Source: Nemertoderma westbladi (Eukaryota > Animalia > Xenacoelomorpha). From it: 64,000 nt of DNA. The stretch's first letter is position 1; each line of letters opens with the position of its first letter. The translations under genes were made by a program, and so were the position numbers. Below the pieces are notes generated by a model, which was not told the origin of the DNA, ran no database searches, and was given only the letters and a program-made list of their open reading frames with translations. Location: the NCBI GenBank assembly GCA_032718475.1, contig JAUCBJ010005279.1, positions 20,990-84,989 on the forward strand, given 5' to 3'. Below, piece by piece: positions 13,001 through 26,127 of the stretch.

Positions 13001-15891
13001 AAGTCGACGGGTTTAGTGATAGCCCCTCCCTTACAGAGTTCCTCTATTACTGACCTGGCCATACTGACTGTACCTCCGTATATCGAAGTTAAACGATCGT
13101 ACGCTAGTTCAAAGGCGTCCGGTACACCGACGAAAGTCTCCGCCAAATGTTTAGGTTCTCCTGACAACGTTTGAAGCAGGTAATTAAACTTCTCCCGTGA
13201 TGTAAAGGCGCACACGGCGATCTGAGATTCGATATAGTCTACGAAAGTGTGCCAGTGTTTTGAGCTACCGGAAAACTTAGGTGGTTGTTGCACCGGTAGT
13301 CCTTGTCTAGCTGCGAATTTCGCTATCTCCTCGGCAACGTTCAGAGTTTCGCATCCTTGGTTGGTAATCTGGTTGATATCCCTTCTTGGCGCTTTTCCCT
13401 GATACGATGTGTGTTTTGAAGGTACCGGTCTTTGTGGTTCCTTCGGGTGTCTATTGTGTTCGAATTCAGTGTTCCTCGAACTATCGGTTTGAACTTCCTC
13501 CAGACGCTCCTCGATCTGAGCCAACTTGTTAACAACTGGTCGCAGGATGTCGGCGAACTGTTGTGTACTGATTGTGTCCGTTGGTTGTAACGCCTTCTGT
13601 GTTGGTGTATTCTGTGGAGGATTGTCTACAAAGGAGTTGTCTGAACGCTCGCGTTTATATTCATCGGCCGCCCCTGTTCTAAATACCTCGCGTTTCGGGT
13701 AATCCGATTCGCTCGAAGTACTACTATCATCTGGATATGGTGGTCGATGTGCTCGCGTCCGTTGTGCTGTCTGAATCCTAACATTGGTAGGCTCACAAGT
13801 CTTCCTCAAAGTTGTAGATTGCGATGTAAACTGGTTGAACGGTCGCGTATCCACTAGTCTCCGTTGTTCGGTAGGCTCACAAGTCTTCCTCGAAGTCGTA
13901 GATTGCGATGTAAACTGGTTGAACGGTCGCGTATCCACTAGTCTCCGTTGTTCGGTAGGCTCACAAGTCTTCCTCGAAGTCGTAGATTGCGATGTAAACT
14001 GGATCGGTGGTCGGACGACAGCGTTTGAATCAACCGGCCTTGTAGGTCGAAACGTCATTGGGTAAGCGTAGTGTGTAACGCGTTTAGGTGTCGACGGTGG
14101 ACTCACCTGTTTAGTCGTCAGTAGTGCAGGTCCGACTAATAAACTACTACGATCTGTAATCGGCTGGTTACTTACCTTGACTTTCGGAATAGGCGATGAC
14201 GTTGCTCTTGGCGGTGTAAACTTGTCCGGAATAACAAACCTGTGTTCCGTCGCACCATGGATAGGAGAAATATCACTACTACCCGCAATCGAAACAGGTT
14301 TCTTAGTTGTAACTGGTGCGAACATAGGGGTTACTTGAGGGAATCTTTGACATAAGTCTTTTACTAATTGTCGTTCCCGTCCGGGTGCTCCTACGCTTCC
14401 TTCCTTCTTCCGTTCCTGAATTTGGCAATGTCTTACCTCTAACTGGTCCAAATCATGTCCGTCACGAGATCTCATCGATCTATCGCGGGCTAGAAGATCC
14501 AGATTTTCCTTGGCTTCGGCTAATTCTCTCGCCTTCTTCTCGAGTTCGAAATGAAGTTTCACTGTCTTCTCTCTTTGTTCCGTTTGTTGTCGTTGCGCCT
14601 CAAACTCCGCTTGTCGTATAGTGGATTGAGCTTTTATTTGCCGTGTTTTCATTTCGGCCCGCGCTTCCGAAACTAACCGTTCTCGTTCTAATTCCGCCGC
14701 TGCCGTTTGTCGCTCTAGTTCGGCAGTTTGTCGCTCTAGTTCGGCCGCTGCCGTTTGTCGCTCTAATTCCGCCGCTGCCGTTTGTCGCTTTAATTCTGCC
14801 GTTTGTCGCTCTAATTCCGCCGCTGCCGTTTGTCGCTCTAGTTCGGCCGCTGCGTTTCGTTGCGCTAAATCAGCCGCTGCTGTTCGTTGAGCAATGTCTA
14901 CCTCTAACCTTTCTACTTCAGCTGCTTCTAATTCAGCTTGTTCCTGTAGATGAGAGATTCTCGCTACATTCGCAACGCGTAGCTTCTCTTCTTCTACTGC
15001 TGCCTGCATCACTAGAAGTTGAGCTTGTTCCTCCATTTCTCGTCGTTGTCGGTAGAATTCTTGCTGTTTTTGAGCAACTTCTGACGTAACCATACTTCCC
15101 TCGCCAATTTCGCTACGAATACTTACCAACGATTGATCCAATATTCCCGTTGCCGATTCGATTCGTACGGGTGAAGTTTCCCTCGTATACTCCGGCACGG
15201 TTTCCAAATCGCCGACGTCTTCGCCGCACATACGTAAGTGATCCGTCAGATGTTTCAATTGTCCATCCAGTCGGTACAGTTCCTGTTCTTCCTCGGGTTG
15301 TAATAATTCGTCCGACACTGACTCACCTAACAACTGGTCCGCTTGTTCCTGTTGTATCTGCCTAATCGTCGACTTAAACTGAATCAGTTTCTCTCTAGCG
15401 ATCATTACTTTCTCGAGGATTCTAAGTTGAGTATCCATGTCCTGTCTCTGTCTAGCTAGATCTTGTAGACCAATTAGGTTATCTACGGACTTGTGTACTC
15501 TACTTTGTACTCTAACCTGGAGGGTGTAGAACTCGAATCGAGACATCGGAGCGGTCAACTCGTTTAATATGCGTTGGCCTTCTCCAATACTCCTGGTTAT
15601 ATGCGCCATGTAACCTCCGACGCTTCTAACCACACTTTCTGTGCTTCCTGCTGAACTTACCAGGTCCGTTTCCCTGTATCTAGGTTGCGGAACAGTTAGA
15701 AAGTCCTCGGTCCTGCCGTCGCCTCGTACTACGGCATCCGGTACTCCCGTTGGATGTACTGGTGACGCACACGGTGTAGGTTCGGTAGGCTCGCGAGTCT
15801 TCCCCTGTTGTTCTTCCGCTGCTGACTTATCTCCGTCACATGAGTCATAGTCGGTTTGTGTATTCTTCGTATAGTCTTGTTTGTCACTCAT
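7041..15891 (-). pseudogene. gag-pol: gag-pol polyprotein of A (Gag, aspartic protease, RT, RNase H, integrase); 3 nonsense codons and 1 frameshift
   Basis: PR ILDSAS; RT FTCDVEAMFHQV and YVDD; RNase H FSDAS/PRAEL/WTDA/NPAD; IN HLHLKH..C, GIDCFGP, SDQGTNF, WERLI. Stops at 10471, 9625 and 7173; +1 frameshift near 8065 relative to B. Confidence 0.95.
13786..14000 (-). repeat. 84-bp in-frame tandem repeat (about 2.5 copies) in gag of A
   Basis: QFTSQSTTSRKTCEPTEQRRLVDTRPFN repeated; units start 84 bp apart (13786, 13870, 13954). Confidence 0.9.
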
Positions 15892-16691
15892 TTCGGTAGT
15901 TGTAAGTCAAGTAAAGTGAGTGTCAAAGTATCGAGTTTACCGTATTTATATCTAAACGGTACTAATTACAGTCATATAAAATTAGCCTACCGACCGATTT
16001 TATAGCAGATGGATAAAATTAGCCTAGACGGCCAATTTTACAGCAAATAAATGTCACGGAATAAGTATATAATAAAATTAGCCTAAACGGCCAATTTTAT
16101 AACAAATAAATCGGATAACGATATGCGTTATCAAAAGGTAAATTAAATACAATAATACGGACTAATTCAGCAATGAACAAAGAAATCATACGGAATGCAT
16201 AAATACTTGAGACAGTGGAACCCACAATAATTTTAACTAATACGGTAATGCCTAACTTATTTATGCAACTTTTCGAACTCACCCACTCCAATAATTCTCC
16301 AGAAAAACAGATTCCCAGATACAAACCGGACGTGAACCTTTCCGTTTTTAACGTTGCGGACGAAGCGCGATTTTCCCAACCAAAGTTGTTGAGTTATCTA
16401 TCTCCCAAACTTGCTAAACACGGTCTTGCTCCCGTTACAGTCTAGAAATGAGTTCTGAATCCTGAAAAACAAAAGAGTTAGGTTTTACTTTTACGAAAAA
16501 TTTTGTACCGGTACAATATGGTATTTAAACCCTTTTAAACACCGGTATTCAATTCCAAAAATATATTTACACGCGGTTCAAATCAAATTTTATTTCAAAA
16601 ATTAGCACTTAGCTAATCAAATACAAATTTTTACCTCAAAATACAAAATTTTCAAATAACTTTAGTCCTACCGAACCGTAGTTCAGTAAAA

Positions 16692-16702
16692 CACATTCCT
16701 AC
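16692..16702 (-). promoter_or_regulatory. Non-tRNA primer-binding site of A (GTAGGAATGTG)
   Basis: Abuts the 5' LTR; lacks TGG; perfect 11-nt complement at 17733-17743 within the LTR. Confidence 0.75.
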
Positions 16703-18591
16703 TATATGGAAGAGACGGTAACAATACCTGCAATATCTTACTGTAAAGTTTGTGAATCAAATCATAAATCCGACCTTCTCACCAAAACAGTAAACTCTAA
16801 GTAAGCGAATATATTGCAGTATCGATCTCTTATAACCGGTGAGGCAGAAAACAGTCTACGAGCAGACAAACTTCGATAAAACAAAACCCCGCGCAGCGAA
16901 TCCTAAAATCAGGCTGACTCACTCACGGACTAAGGGGCTCGTATACTTTGCCGCGGTGTGATTTATATGGTTGGGCGAAAGGGACGCTAGCTAGGTACAG
17001 AGGCAGAGATTTGGAGATGTCTAACTAGCGGGCAAAGCACAGTAAGGACAAAAGTTAATTTTATATATATTTTGAGGTGTAAATAATTTCTAACGCGCGC
17101 GTGTTAATTCTGAACGGTCAAAAGCAGTTTTGCTCCTTCACATATATAATTACTGGGTACGGTGTGCATTTTACGAATATTCTAATTTTGTAACTTGTAG
17201 GTCCAATACTCACGAATGATAAGGTTCCTTCCCCTCTTGCGTATTTCCAGGACTCAAATTCAGGCATAAAGTTAATACTACGCCCAGAATTCGGCAATTT
17301 TAGGTACCAGGTCCCTAATACTGAGAAGAGATGTGTTAGTTTACTACAGTAGGCGTACAGTTACTAATAGCTATCCTGGCGTCCTATCTAGAATTTTAGT
17401 CACCTAGGTAGGCTGGGTAACTTCCTATTAGGGCGTTGGCGGGGACACGGTAGATGTTAGTATATCCCTAATAGCCTCAATTTATTTGCGCCTAGTTGTA
17501 AACTGCCCTACCGCCTGAACGGTACAATCCTAATTCAGGTGAAAACACAATGACCCTCCTAGCCTACAAGTTCTAATGCAATGGACACCGTTGTACGGTA
17601 AATAGTCACAGACGCACCTGTACTTAGCAAGAGTTAAGCGTACAGTTTGCTGCACCCTAACCATTTGTATGCCTTGTACCGGTGTGCCTACGTCCTATTT
17701 GCGTACTAGTATCTCTGCTCTCTCCCTCCCCCGTAGGAATGTGAAGGTCTACTGTGGTTTTTTTCTGAATCAAGACAGTACAGTCCCTAAGATGTAATTT
17801 TAGGCTCACAGCATGTCACTACTTCTACCTTTTGATCTTTGGTCTTACGCTTAGGTAGCAAGGCGTCGAACGCTGTCTAACCTTTCAGGCGATGGGCGAA
17901 TAACTCAAGATGGTATTGCGGGTTGTCTCTTGTCTACATTCCCCTGATGTTCCCGTTCATTGCTGCGGCCCGATCTCTAGCTGGCCATCCTGTTCCTAAA
18001 GGTGTTCACCGTAGTGAATCATGGTGAAAAGAAAGGCAGATAGCGGTATTTCTGAATTTATTGCAGATAATAGTACAAAATGTAGTCTGAAAACTAATGA
18101 CAGAATAAACAAGAAATATAGATTGAAATAATCTGTGTACGCTTGAATGATAACTAATGAACAAATCGCACCTTTATATAGCAAATTTGTGCTGCAATCA
18201 ATCGAGAAAATTCTCGATTGTTCTATAGGTTCTAACAGGTTTTTAAAGATAGCTATTGGTCCAGCTAATATATAACTTGCACGACATTGGTTACAATCAA
18301 ATAACTACAGTCTCATTGGTGCAGACAAATGCAATTTAATTTGTAGCGGTCAATTTAAATGAGTTGAAATTCTGTACAAAAAATAATTCGCACTTACCAG
18401 GATTCGAACTCAATACCTACTACACATATAATTTCCAACGCTCTACCGACTGAGCTACTGAACCACTTGACCAATAGGCGTACAATAGATATAACAAATA
18501 CAAATGAGGACTCAAAGCAATCTTTTACAAAGTTAATTCGAATAAAATAAAATTTTGAAAATCCACGGCATTTAGGGAATATAATTCTATA
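16703..18591 (-). repeat. 5' LTR of element A
   Basis: Direct repeat of 2059-3947; TATATAAAGG near 18171-18180 (sense) with upstream CCAAT motifs. Confidence 0.97.
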
Positions 18592-18596
18592 ACAGC

Positions 18597-20010
18597 AGAG
18601 CACCTTTTTCACTCAGACTCAGACATGATTTGTTCCTCACTTTTCTGCATCTTTCAATGTTCACTTAATCTTGGAAAATGACATCAACTCTTTGGCCAAT
18701 CAGTACTCTTGCCTATTTACAATGGGAAACTCAAGGATCCAACTGTTCCAAATTCCTACAGACCAGTTTGTACCATAAACATATTCGCCAAGATTTTTGA
18801 GGCTACAGCTTTAGCAAATTTCGTTCATTGTATAAAATCCAGCAGTGCTCAGTTAGCATACCAGCCTCAGTTTGGGGCAGACATTATAGTTGGTGCAATT
18901 TTAGAACTGATCGGGTTTATGAGAGAATGTGGGTCAGACGTCTTCATATGTTAGATGGATATATCCCAGGCATTTGATCAAGTTCAACATGGAAACCTAT
19001 TTGAAATGCTATCTGATATAATTAATCCCATGTATGTAGAGTTCTAATGTACTACTATGATATCCATGATTTTCCTACGATTTGATGGCTACACTGATGC
19101 TGTTGGATTCAGAACAGAGATCGGTGTGAAACAAGGTTCCCTTATTGGTCCTACCCTCTTCAACTATTATATACGCCAAATCCACACTCATAAATCCAAA
19201 TATTGCAATCAAGACTCGGATATAAATAATGACATCTTATCTGAAGAAACACGTTGTTTCACAATATCGAATGCTGAGGATATTTTTATTATAAGCGGGT
19301 TTAAATCAATGATTCAGGATGAAATACACAGAATCAGCGCAAGTCTAATGGAACTGGGAATGGAAATCGACAGAGACAAATCAAGCTGGATCATGCTGAG
19401 TGGGAAGAAATCTGCTAATCAACATCCGCTTTTCCTTAACCTTTCGAAAGTACTAATTCCAGAAGCAACAGAGCGTTAAGTTCCTTGGCTACATTATCCC
19501 ACTAAAAAAAAGAAATACTAACCAAGGAATGTCTTACTCGGAATATCATACTCGTAGAGTGATTTCGATCTCTAGGTTGGGCATCAAAATGGATACCAAT
19601 AAAAAACCTGGCAAATCTATGGAAATCCTATGCAGTGACAGTTTTCCGTTACTTTATGCCCATATTGGATGGTTTACTGAGAGAGAAAAAGAAACTTTAT
19701 ATATAATGTACAGAAACGCTCTCCGGAAGCTCCTTCATCTTGATGGTTGAAAAATATGTTATATAAACTCTTTCATGTGGAATCTCTGATTAATGATACT
19801 TACCAACACATATTGCGATTGCTTCAACGATCGTCCCAGACTCCTTATCCACTCATTCAACAGATTATCTGCACCACTGGTTCATTGACTAAAGAAAAGT
19901 TGTATTTGGGACCCTGTGCAACTTATAAAGCATGTGTGGATACACATGGAGTGAGTGCCTTCATTCACGTCGATTTTCAGGCACAAATTTCATCTAAAAA
20001 CTTTATTTAA
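18597..20010 (+). pseudogene. Decayed LINE reverse transcriptase (continuation of 1910-2058)
   Basis: KDPTVPNSYRPVCTINIFAKIFE, DISQAFDQVQH, GVKQGSLIGPTLFNYY, degenerate NAED for YADD; multiple stops and frameshifts. Confidence 0.85.
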
Positions 20011-20137
20011 GGAAATCAGCTTGGGACCATTAGGATCTTGCGAACAAAGACACCTAGACTTTATCATATCAGCCTATAATTTGAAGATTAAGATCTCACA
20101 CAGAATCAACGTTATAAAAAAACAAGTTTGACAAACA

Positions 20138-20270
20138 AGAAAAAAAACAAGTTTGAAATTTCTAAATTAATTTATATGAATTCAATCTAATTGCAAACAC
20201 CAAAAAACCGGTGTAAATCAAAAATAGAGATATTACAAATCATATTTTATGAAATATAATTTTCAAAAAA
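20138..20270 (+). repeat. Fragment of the same family as the piggyBac-like element at 23166-24719
   Basis: Matches ~24376-24505 (aaaaaaacaagtttgaaatttctaaa...caccaaaaaaccggtgtaaa...taattttcaaaaaa). Confidence 0.75.
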
Positions 20271-22166
20271 TGCAGCACACAGCATAGGCTGTGTGTTTGG
20301 GGATGGCGCTCACCAGTCTCCAGTTTCCCTTTCCCTGCTTTAAAAGGTTTACAATATATAGACGAATGCATTTGTGTTTATTAATTAATTTGGTGTGTAT
20401 AGAATATAATATATATTTACGGTTTTTTTTGGTAACATAATTTTGTAGTTGGTTTCCACAGGTTTAATAATTCTTATGCCATTGTGCTGGTTAGTTTATT
20501 AATTTAAATATTTGTACACAAACGTTCCTGTAGTTGGCCAGACCTATCGGTTTGTTATTAATATAAGTAACGAATAGGATTTAATGTTTGTTTTATAAAC
20601 ACTAAACGCTTTCTACCCACAGGCCACAGCCGCTGCACATCACATTATTTGTAAATTATTGTTGAATGACATTGAATAAAGTTTATATGTTTATATACAA
20701 TGAATATAATTGTACTGGTACCGGTACAACCAAAACAGTAAAACAGCACCGCCTTTATTACCTCAATTCGCACAGGAAATAATGTTCGTTATAGTTTTTC
20801 CATTGGAAATTATTTTTCTCTTATACCCAAAACTGGTTCTAAAGTCTACCTTTAGGAGGCGAAATGTCAGAAAGTGAAAGTTCCCCCGTGTCTACCCGAC
20901 CCCCGTAGTCAGGGCGACTGATCGCTCGGAATATATCCGGGTTGGTATGACAGCTCCTGATTCCGGTTCATTTAGGACTCCTCTTCCCTCCCTCGCTTTG
21001 GCACAGGAACCGTTCCAGAAACCCAATAACTGGCGATATTCAAACAGACACGTAAAAATATAATAGGATTTATTTGTATAATATTAGGTAATAAAGAATT
21101 TTAATTAACAATTAATTTGTTTAATTATATGAAAAGATTTTGAATTTGAAAAGTCCAAATTTTGCTCTCGGACCTCCTCCGACGTTCTCAAAGATAAAAG
21201 ATATTAGGTAATAATATTAGTCAGACAACTGATACGGATGTTGAAATATTTAAGGCAACACTTATGAGTTAAGGTGCACCTTAGCTAAGGTTGATTTATA
21301 TGCAACCGGCCCCTCCTGGTCTAACAGCAAGTTAAGTAAATAAAGCTAAGTTATTGCAACTATAATTTATTAATATATTGTAAATATTAACCAAACATAA
21401 ACCAATAACCCATAACCATCACACATATAAACTGGTAACATATAGCAGAATAGCCAAGATTCAGTCTCTTCTAAAACTTATTGGGAATTCAAACTGCAAA
21501 ATAAATAATAAAAACGTTAAAATAAATAATTTTATAGTAAAAAACGATATTTATTCCGGAACTACAGTATTATTAATTGCTTACCGGTCTACCGAGATCC
21601 TGTTAAATAGAATACGACAATAAGATAACATTATTTTTAGGTGCTGTATACAATATTTGTAAACCTATCTCTCACGCATTCACAGATTTAATCCCCTGCG
21701 TACAGAGTAGGCCCCCTAAGTAGATTTTGTAGCAGATTGTTCGGTGTTTATACTGTACTATGTCTGTATGTAATATAATTTGTATCTAATATTTTGTGCT
21801 GTGCTATTTCGTTTTTACTATGGGCCCTTGCGGCGTGGAATAATAATAAATAACATTAATAATTATTATTAACTTTTCACCCAAATATATCATATCATAT
21901 ATTTTATTTATATTTATATAAATATTTTATTTAATATTTATTATTATATTAATTTATTATCATTTATTATTATTTGTTTAACATTTTAATGTTTTAAATT
22001 TATTATTATTATTTATTATTATTTTTTATAATAAATTTTTTATATTTTATTAATACAGTAATATTATATTAATATTATTTATATATTTTATAATTAAATA
22101 TAAAAGTTAGTTTCCAACGCTACTATTGAAATTATTTAGTAATTTTATATAAAACTTACAGTTTTA

Positions 22167-22886
22167 CTAAATCAAAATCTTCATTTCAACTCGAGAAGCC
22201 GGATTCCATCCAGTAAAACGATACCAATAAGGTCCTTTCTTCCAATTCCCACCATATTCTCCGTTCAAGTTACTCCACGCGCATCCCTTGTACCACCACG
22301 CCCCAGTACGCATTACGGCGCAGTTGCCGGCTTGCTTGTCATTATCGCGGTCCTTGGTAGAGAATGGGAAACCGTTTAAATACTCCAAATCGTCACGAGC
22401 AGTACCATGGTAACCGGATACATTTAGGGTGTAATTAGTTGCAGCTGATCCGATAGAGAAGTTGTTGTATTCCGCGTATCGGTGTTCGTTGTTGAAATTC
22501 TTTCCCTCACCAGTGAATTCATCATTGGGATAAGCCCTCCCCCATCCAGTAAACCACAAATCGACTCTCAACTTCACCCCGCCGTAACTCAGCTCGTGGA
22601 TCGTCTCCAACCCCAACCAGAAGTTGGTATTCGGGTCGCCAAATCCTCCAACATATTCATCCCAGTTTCGATAGAAGTCAACAGATCCATCAACTCTTTG
22701 TTGAATCTTTACTCCATCGTTATGCTTTAGGATAGGCGCTATCAGCTTATACAGTTTTAACCCTGTAAACTGGTCTTTCAACTCTGTAAACTGGTCTTTC
22801 AACTCTGTATTCTGTTCTTTCAACTCTGTATTCTGTTCTTTTATCAGTTCTTCCAACGCAGCAACCTGTTCTTGTATCTGTTGACC
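22167..22886 (-). CDS. Terminal exon of a fibrinogen-related domain (FReD) protein with a short coiled coil (ficolin/angiopoietin/tachylectin-like)
   Basis: IQQRVDGSVDFYRNW, GFGDPNTNFWLGLETIH, FSTKDRDND, GAWWYKGCAWSNLNG, VEMKI; in-frame acceptor ttttttttaacag ending at 22887; upstream exons not identified. Confidence 0.9.
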   Translation of the reverse strand, partial: GQQIQEQVAALEELIKEQNTELKEQNTELKDQFTELKDQFTGLKLYKLIAPILKHNDGVKIQQRVDGSVDFYRNWDEYVGGFGDPNTNFWLGLETIHELSYGGVKLRVDLWFTGWGRAYPNDEFTGEGKNFNNEHRYAEYNNFSIGSAATNYTLNVSGYHGTARDDLEYLNGFPFSTKDRDNDKQAGNCAVMRTGAWWYKGCAWSNLNGEYGGNWKKGPYWYRFTGWNPASRVEMKILI

Positions 22887-23165
22887 CTGTTAAAAAAAAT
22901 CATTTTATTTATATTTTATTTCATGTAAATCATAGGAAATAAAAGCACACAATGTAAGTTACAGTATGTGTAATTGTCATCCTTCTCCGGTGGAAAATAA
23001 CGCATATAATTACTCACAAAAAAATAAAAGTGCAACCTTTCTATTGATTTTCGTTTATTGTTTTGGTTGGAATACCGTAACGTGCCACTTTAACCTGCTC
23101 CTTTCTCTAAATTGGTAATTTAACATTTAACAATTTAACACAAAACATTAATTTCAAACGCTTAA

Positions 23166-24719
23166 CCCTATTAGTACCAGGCTATAAAATGTTGTACAAA
23201 TACCGGGGGGGGGTCATATTGACCCCCCCCTCTAAAATCTACAAATATTTACAAAAACGTCTGATTTTTTGTTTGTACGTAGGTAGCACTTGTCTGGATC
23301 CGACCGAAAAAAAAAATTTCGAAAAAAATGTACTGGGGTGTTTATATTGCAGCACCAAAATTACAAGTAGTGCAAAATTTTCACCAAATATGAAAGTTAC
23401 ATTTTCGGCTAATTATTTTTCAATACAGGTTTTCTGGGGTGCAAAATACATTGGAAAATATTAAAAAATGATATGATTACTATAAATGGCTGTTTAGTCC
23501 TCTCTGCGTAGGAAAAAAATGAAAAAAACAAGTAACCAGCACTTTTCAGTTAGAACACAAAATTTTTAATTCACTTATACGATGCTATAAATTCACATTT
23601 TCAGGTTTTTGAGGGCGCTGATTCTAATGGAATACATTTCTAATATGCCAAATCATTGCTATTTGTATTTTTCGGCGTTTTTTGGCAAATTTTGGTGCTA
23701 GCACCAAATTTCGTACCCATCACCAAAAAGTACAAGTTTGCGATGTCCAGTGCTGTTTTTATTGATTCCATCGGATTCAGGACCCTCACAAACCTGCATA
23801 ACGCAAGAAACAAGGTGATACTATCTACTTATCAATTTGCATATTTTCCAAAATTTGGTGCTGGCACAACAATTTTCACCCACCGTCGAGAAATACCATT
23901 TTGAATACTCCTATGAAATTTTTACTTATTCCATTGAATTCAGAACCATCAAAAACCCGTATAACGTAAGAAACAAGATGACACAATCAATTGATATATT
24001 TGAAGGTTTTCAAAATTTGGTGCTAGCACCACATTTTGCACCCACATCCGAAAAATACAAGTTTGAGATGTCTAGTTCGATAATTATATTTTCCATTGAA
24101 TTCAGAACAGCCATAAACCTCTAAAACGCAAGAAATAAGTTGTCACAAGCAATTGTATCTATTGAATGGATTTTCAAAATTTCGTGCTAGCACCAAAATT
24201 TGCACACAGCACCGAAAAATACAAGTTTGATACGCTTGGTGCAACTCGTATATATTTCATCGAATCTAGAAACCCAAAAAACCCCAATTGCATAAAAAAC
24301 AAGTTTCAAACGATCAATTTACAAAATTGACTTATTTCAAAATTTGGTGCTGGCACCAAAATTTGGCACCCACCGAAAAAAACAAGTTTGAAATTTCTAA
24401 ATCAATTTATATGAATTTCATCAAATTTCTAACACCAAAAAACCGGTGTAAATAATAAATAGAGATGTTACAATTCATATTTAATGAAATGTAATTTTCA
24501 AAAAACGTCTCAAAAAAAGTGCCAAAAGTAGGGTTAAAAAATGGTGCTATAACTCGAAAAGTACCCAATATTTTTGAAAACGGTTTTCGCTACTAGGAAG
24601 ACAATAGATTTTTAGGAAAAGTCATAAAATTTCAGATTCCCAACTGCGTTTATTTCAGAATTATAATAAAAAAACCACGGGGGGGGTCATATTGACCCCC
24701 CCCCCCGGGTTTAATAGGG
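23166..24719. mobile_element. Non-autonomous piggyBac-like DNA transposon with about five internal ~160-bp repeats
   Basis: TTAA at 23162-23165 and 24720-24723; ends CCCTATTA/TAATAGGG; subterminal palindrome GGGGGGGTCATATTGACCCCCCC at both ends; the empty site (aacgcTTAAgaac) is visible in the paralogous segment at ~56441-56453. Confidence 0.9.
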
Positions 24720-25129
24720 TTAAGAACTTTTGAAGGGCCCTTTTAAACGTTTTTAACAATAAGTTATACACATATATATATATATATAGGCCTACTGTAA
24801 TACAATAAATTATTGTCAATAATATTTTGCAGTTTCGCTATGTCTAATAGATATTTAAGATATTCTCACATATAGACTCTCGTGTTGCGCGAAGACCCAC
24901 CACAACGTTTAATTTGTAAAAGCCGAGGCCTTATATGTTCATTTCTACCACACCGCTACTTCTACGTAGTTCTTTCAGTTGTACACTAAATGTTAGAACT
25001 GCAGATTAATTAAACAATATTATCAGCTGTCCAATCATGTACACAGTGTCTACGGAGCCCCTAAATGGAAATTAAAAAAAAAAAAATATCTAAAGCGCTC
25101 TAGATAAATATTGATTTTATTGATTGGAC

Positions 25130-25571
25130 TACTACGTACTACTAGGATCGGCATGCTGCATTGCTGCTGCATATTATAAATGCTGTGCCGGCTGGTCGAC
25201 AAAATTGCACCGCCACAACTCCCTATCACACATGTCATTTACTAGATCATCCGCATTTTCATGGCCAGTTAAATTTGTTTAAGATGCGTCTTAAGAAAGT
25301 CATGGGCTGTCCACCATGCTTATTGACTCCATGAGGCCGCCAAAGTACAAGATTATGCACTGGCTGGTCCTCACGGCGAAAGCAATGTCCTGCAAAGCGG
25401 AGGCGGCTTTATTCTAGTGTCAAGCTTGAGGGAACCATTGAGATACCTCCAATGTTATATAGTGTCTGGTTGGAGATGTGTGCATTGTACTTGACACAAT
25501 GAACCCGGCGTAGCATTCTTTTGAATGTGCAATCCAGAGATTTGGTGTCCTCGGCAGTGAGGTTCCTTTGT
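25130..25571 (-). mobile_element. 3' fragment of RTE-like LINE, continues at 56215-56290 beyond element C
   Basis: Similar to 60570-60990; (TAG)n-like tail on the sense strand. Confidence 0.85.
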
Positions 25572-26127
25572 TGTGACGGGATCCAGGAAGGATCCCGATT
25601 TATCCGTTGTTTAATTCACTCGTCCCCGCCGTGTGTATGAAAGGTAAAATAGGGAATCCGTGTCGTTCGTTGTATATATTGACTGATATAGATATATAGG
25701 GTATATAGATATAGGTGTAACTGATATAATGTTGTCGTATACAGAAGGCGGGATACGGTAATTAAAGTCCCGGTCCTTCCCTAGCTAAACTATCTAACCT
25801 AAGCTAGCACCAATATTGCACTGAGATAACTGAATGGAAAGATTACTGCCAACTGGCTATATTGCACGGTTGGCCTTGTTACTCTACCTAATCGATGCCT
25901 TTCCCCCCCTGATTGGTTGATACCCTTGTTGGCGCCCCGTGGAGTGTTCCCGTTCACTCCTCCTGTTCTCTCTGGGTTAGGGGTTTGGCCCCTGACCCTT
26001 ATTGTGTGGTTCTCCTTCCCATTCTCATTGGGATGGCACGAGTTGGTTAATTACCCAATCTCGTGGCTCCCAATATTACTTATCGGCTTAACTTTATGGG
26101 GTGTTAGCGGGATTGAATAAGCTAACA
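25572..26127 (-). repeat. 3' LTR of element C
   Basis: Direct repeat of 55654-56209 (3 substitutions seen). Confidence 0.97.

Larger units (their letters stand above)
2059..18591 (-). mobile_element. BEL/Pao LTR retrotransposon A, full length, defective
   Basis: Two 1889-bp direct repeats (offset 14644), TSD ACAGC (2054-2058 / 18592-18596), single gag-PR-RT-RH-IN frame with three Cys/His knuckles, extra ORF after pol. Confidence 0.97.

Noticed and set aside
21263-21312. Palindrome AAGGTGCACCTT and a Harbinger-like TIR end (TGCAACCGGCCC)
   Set aside because: No partner TIR or TSD found; too little to call.
23189-24124. Short ORFs inside the piggyBac-like element as transposase
   Set aside because: Derived from the internal ~160-bp repeats; no DDD transposase motifs.
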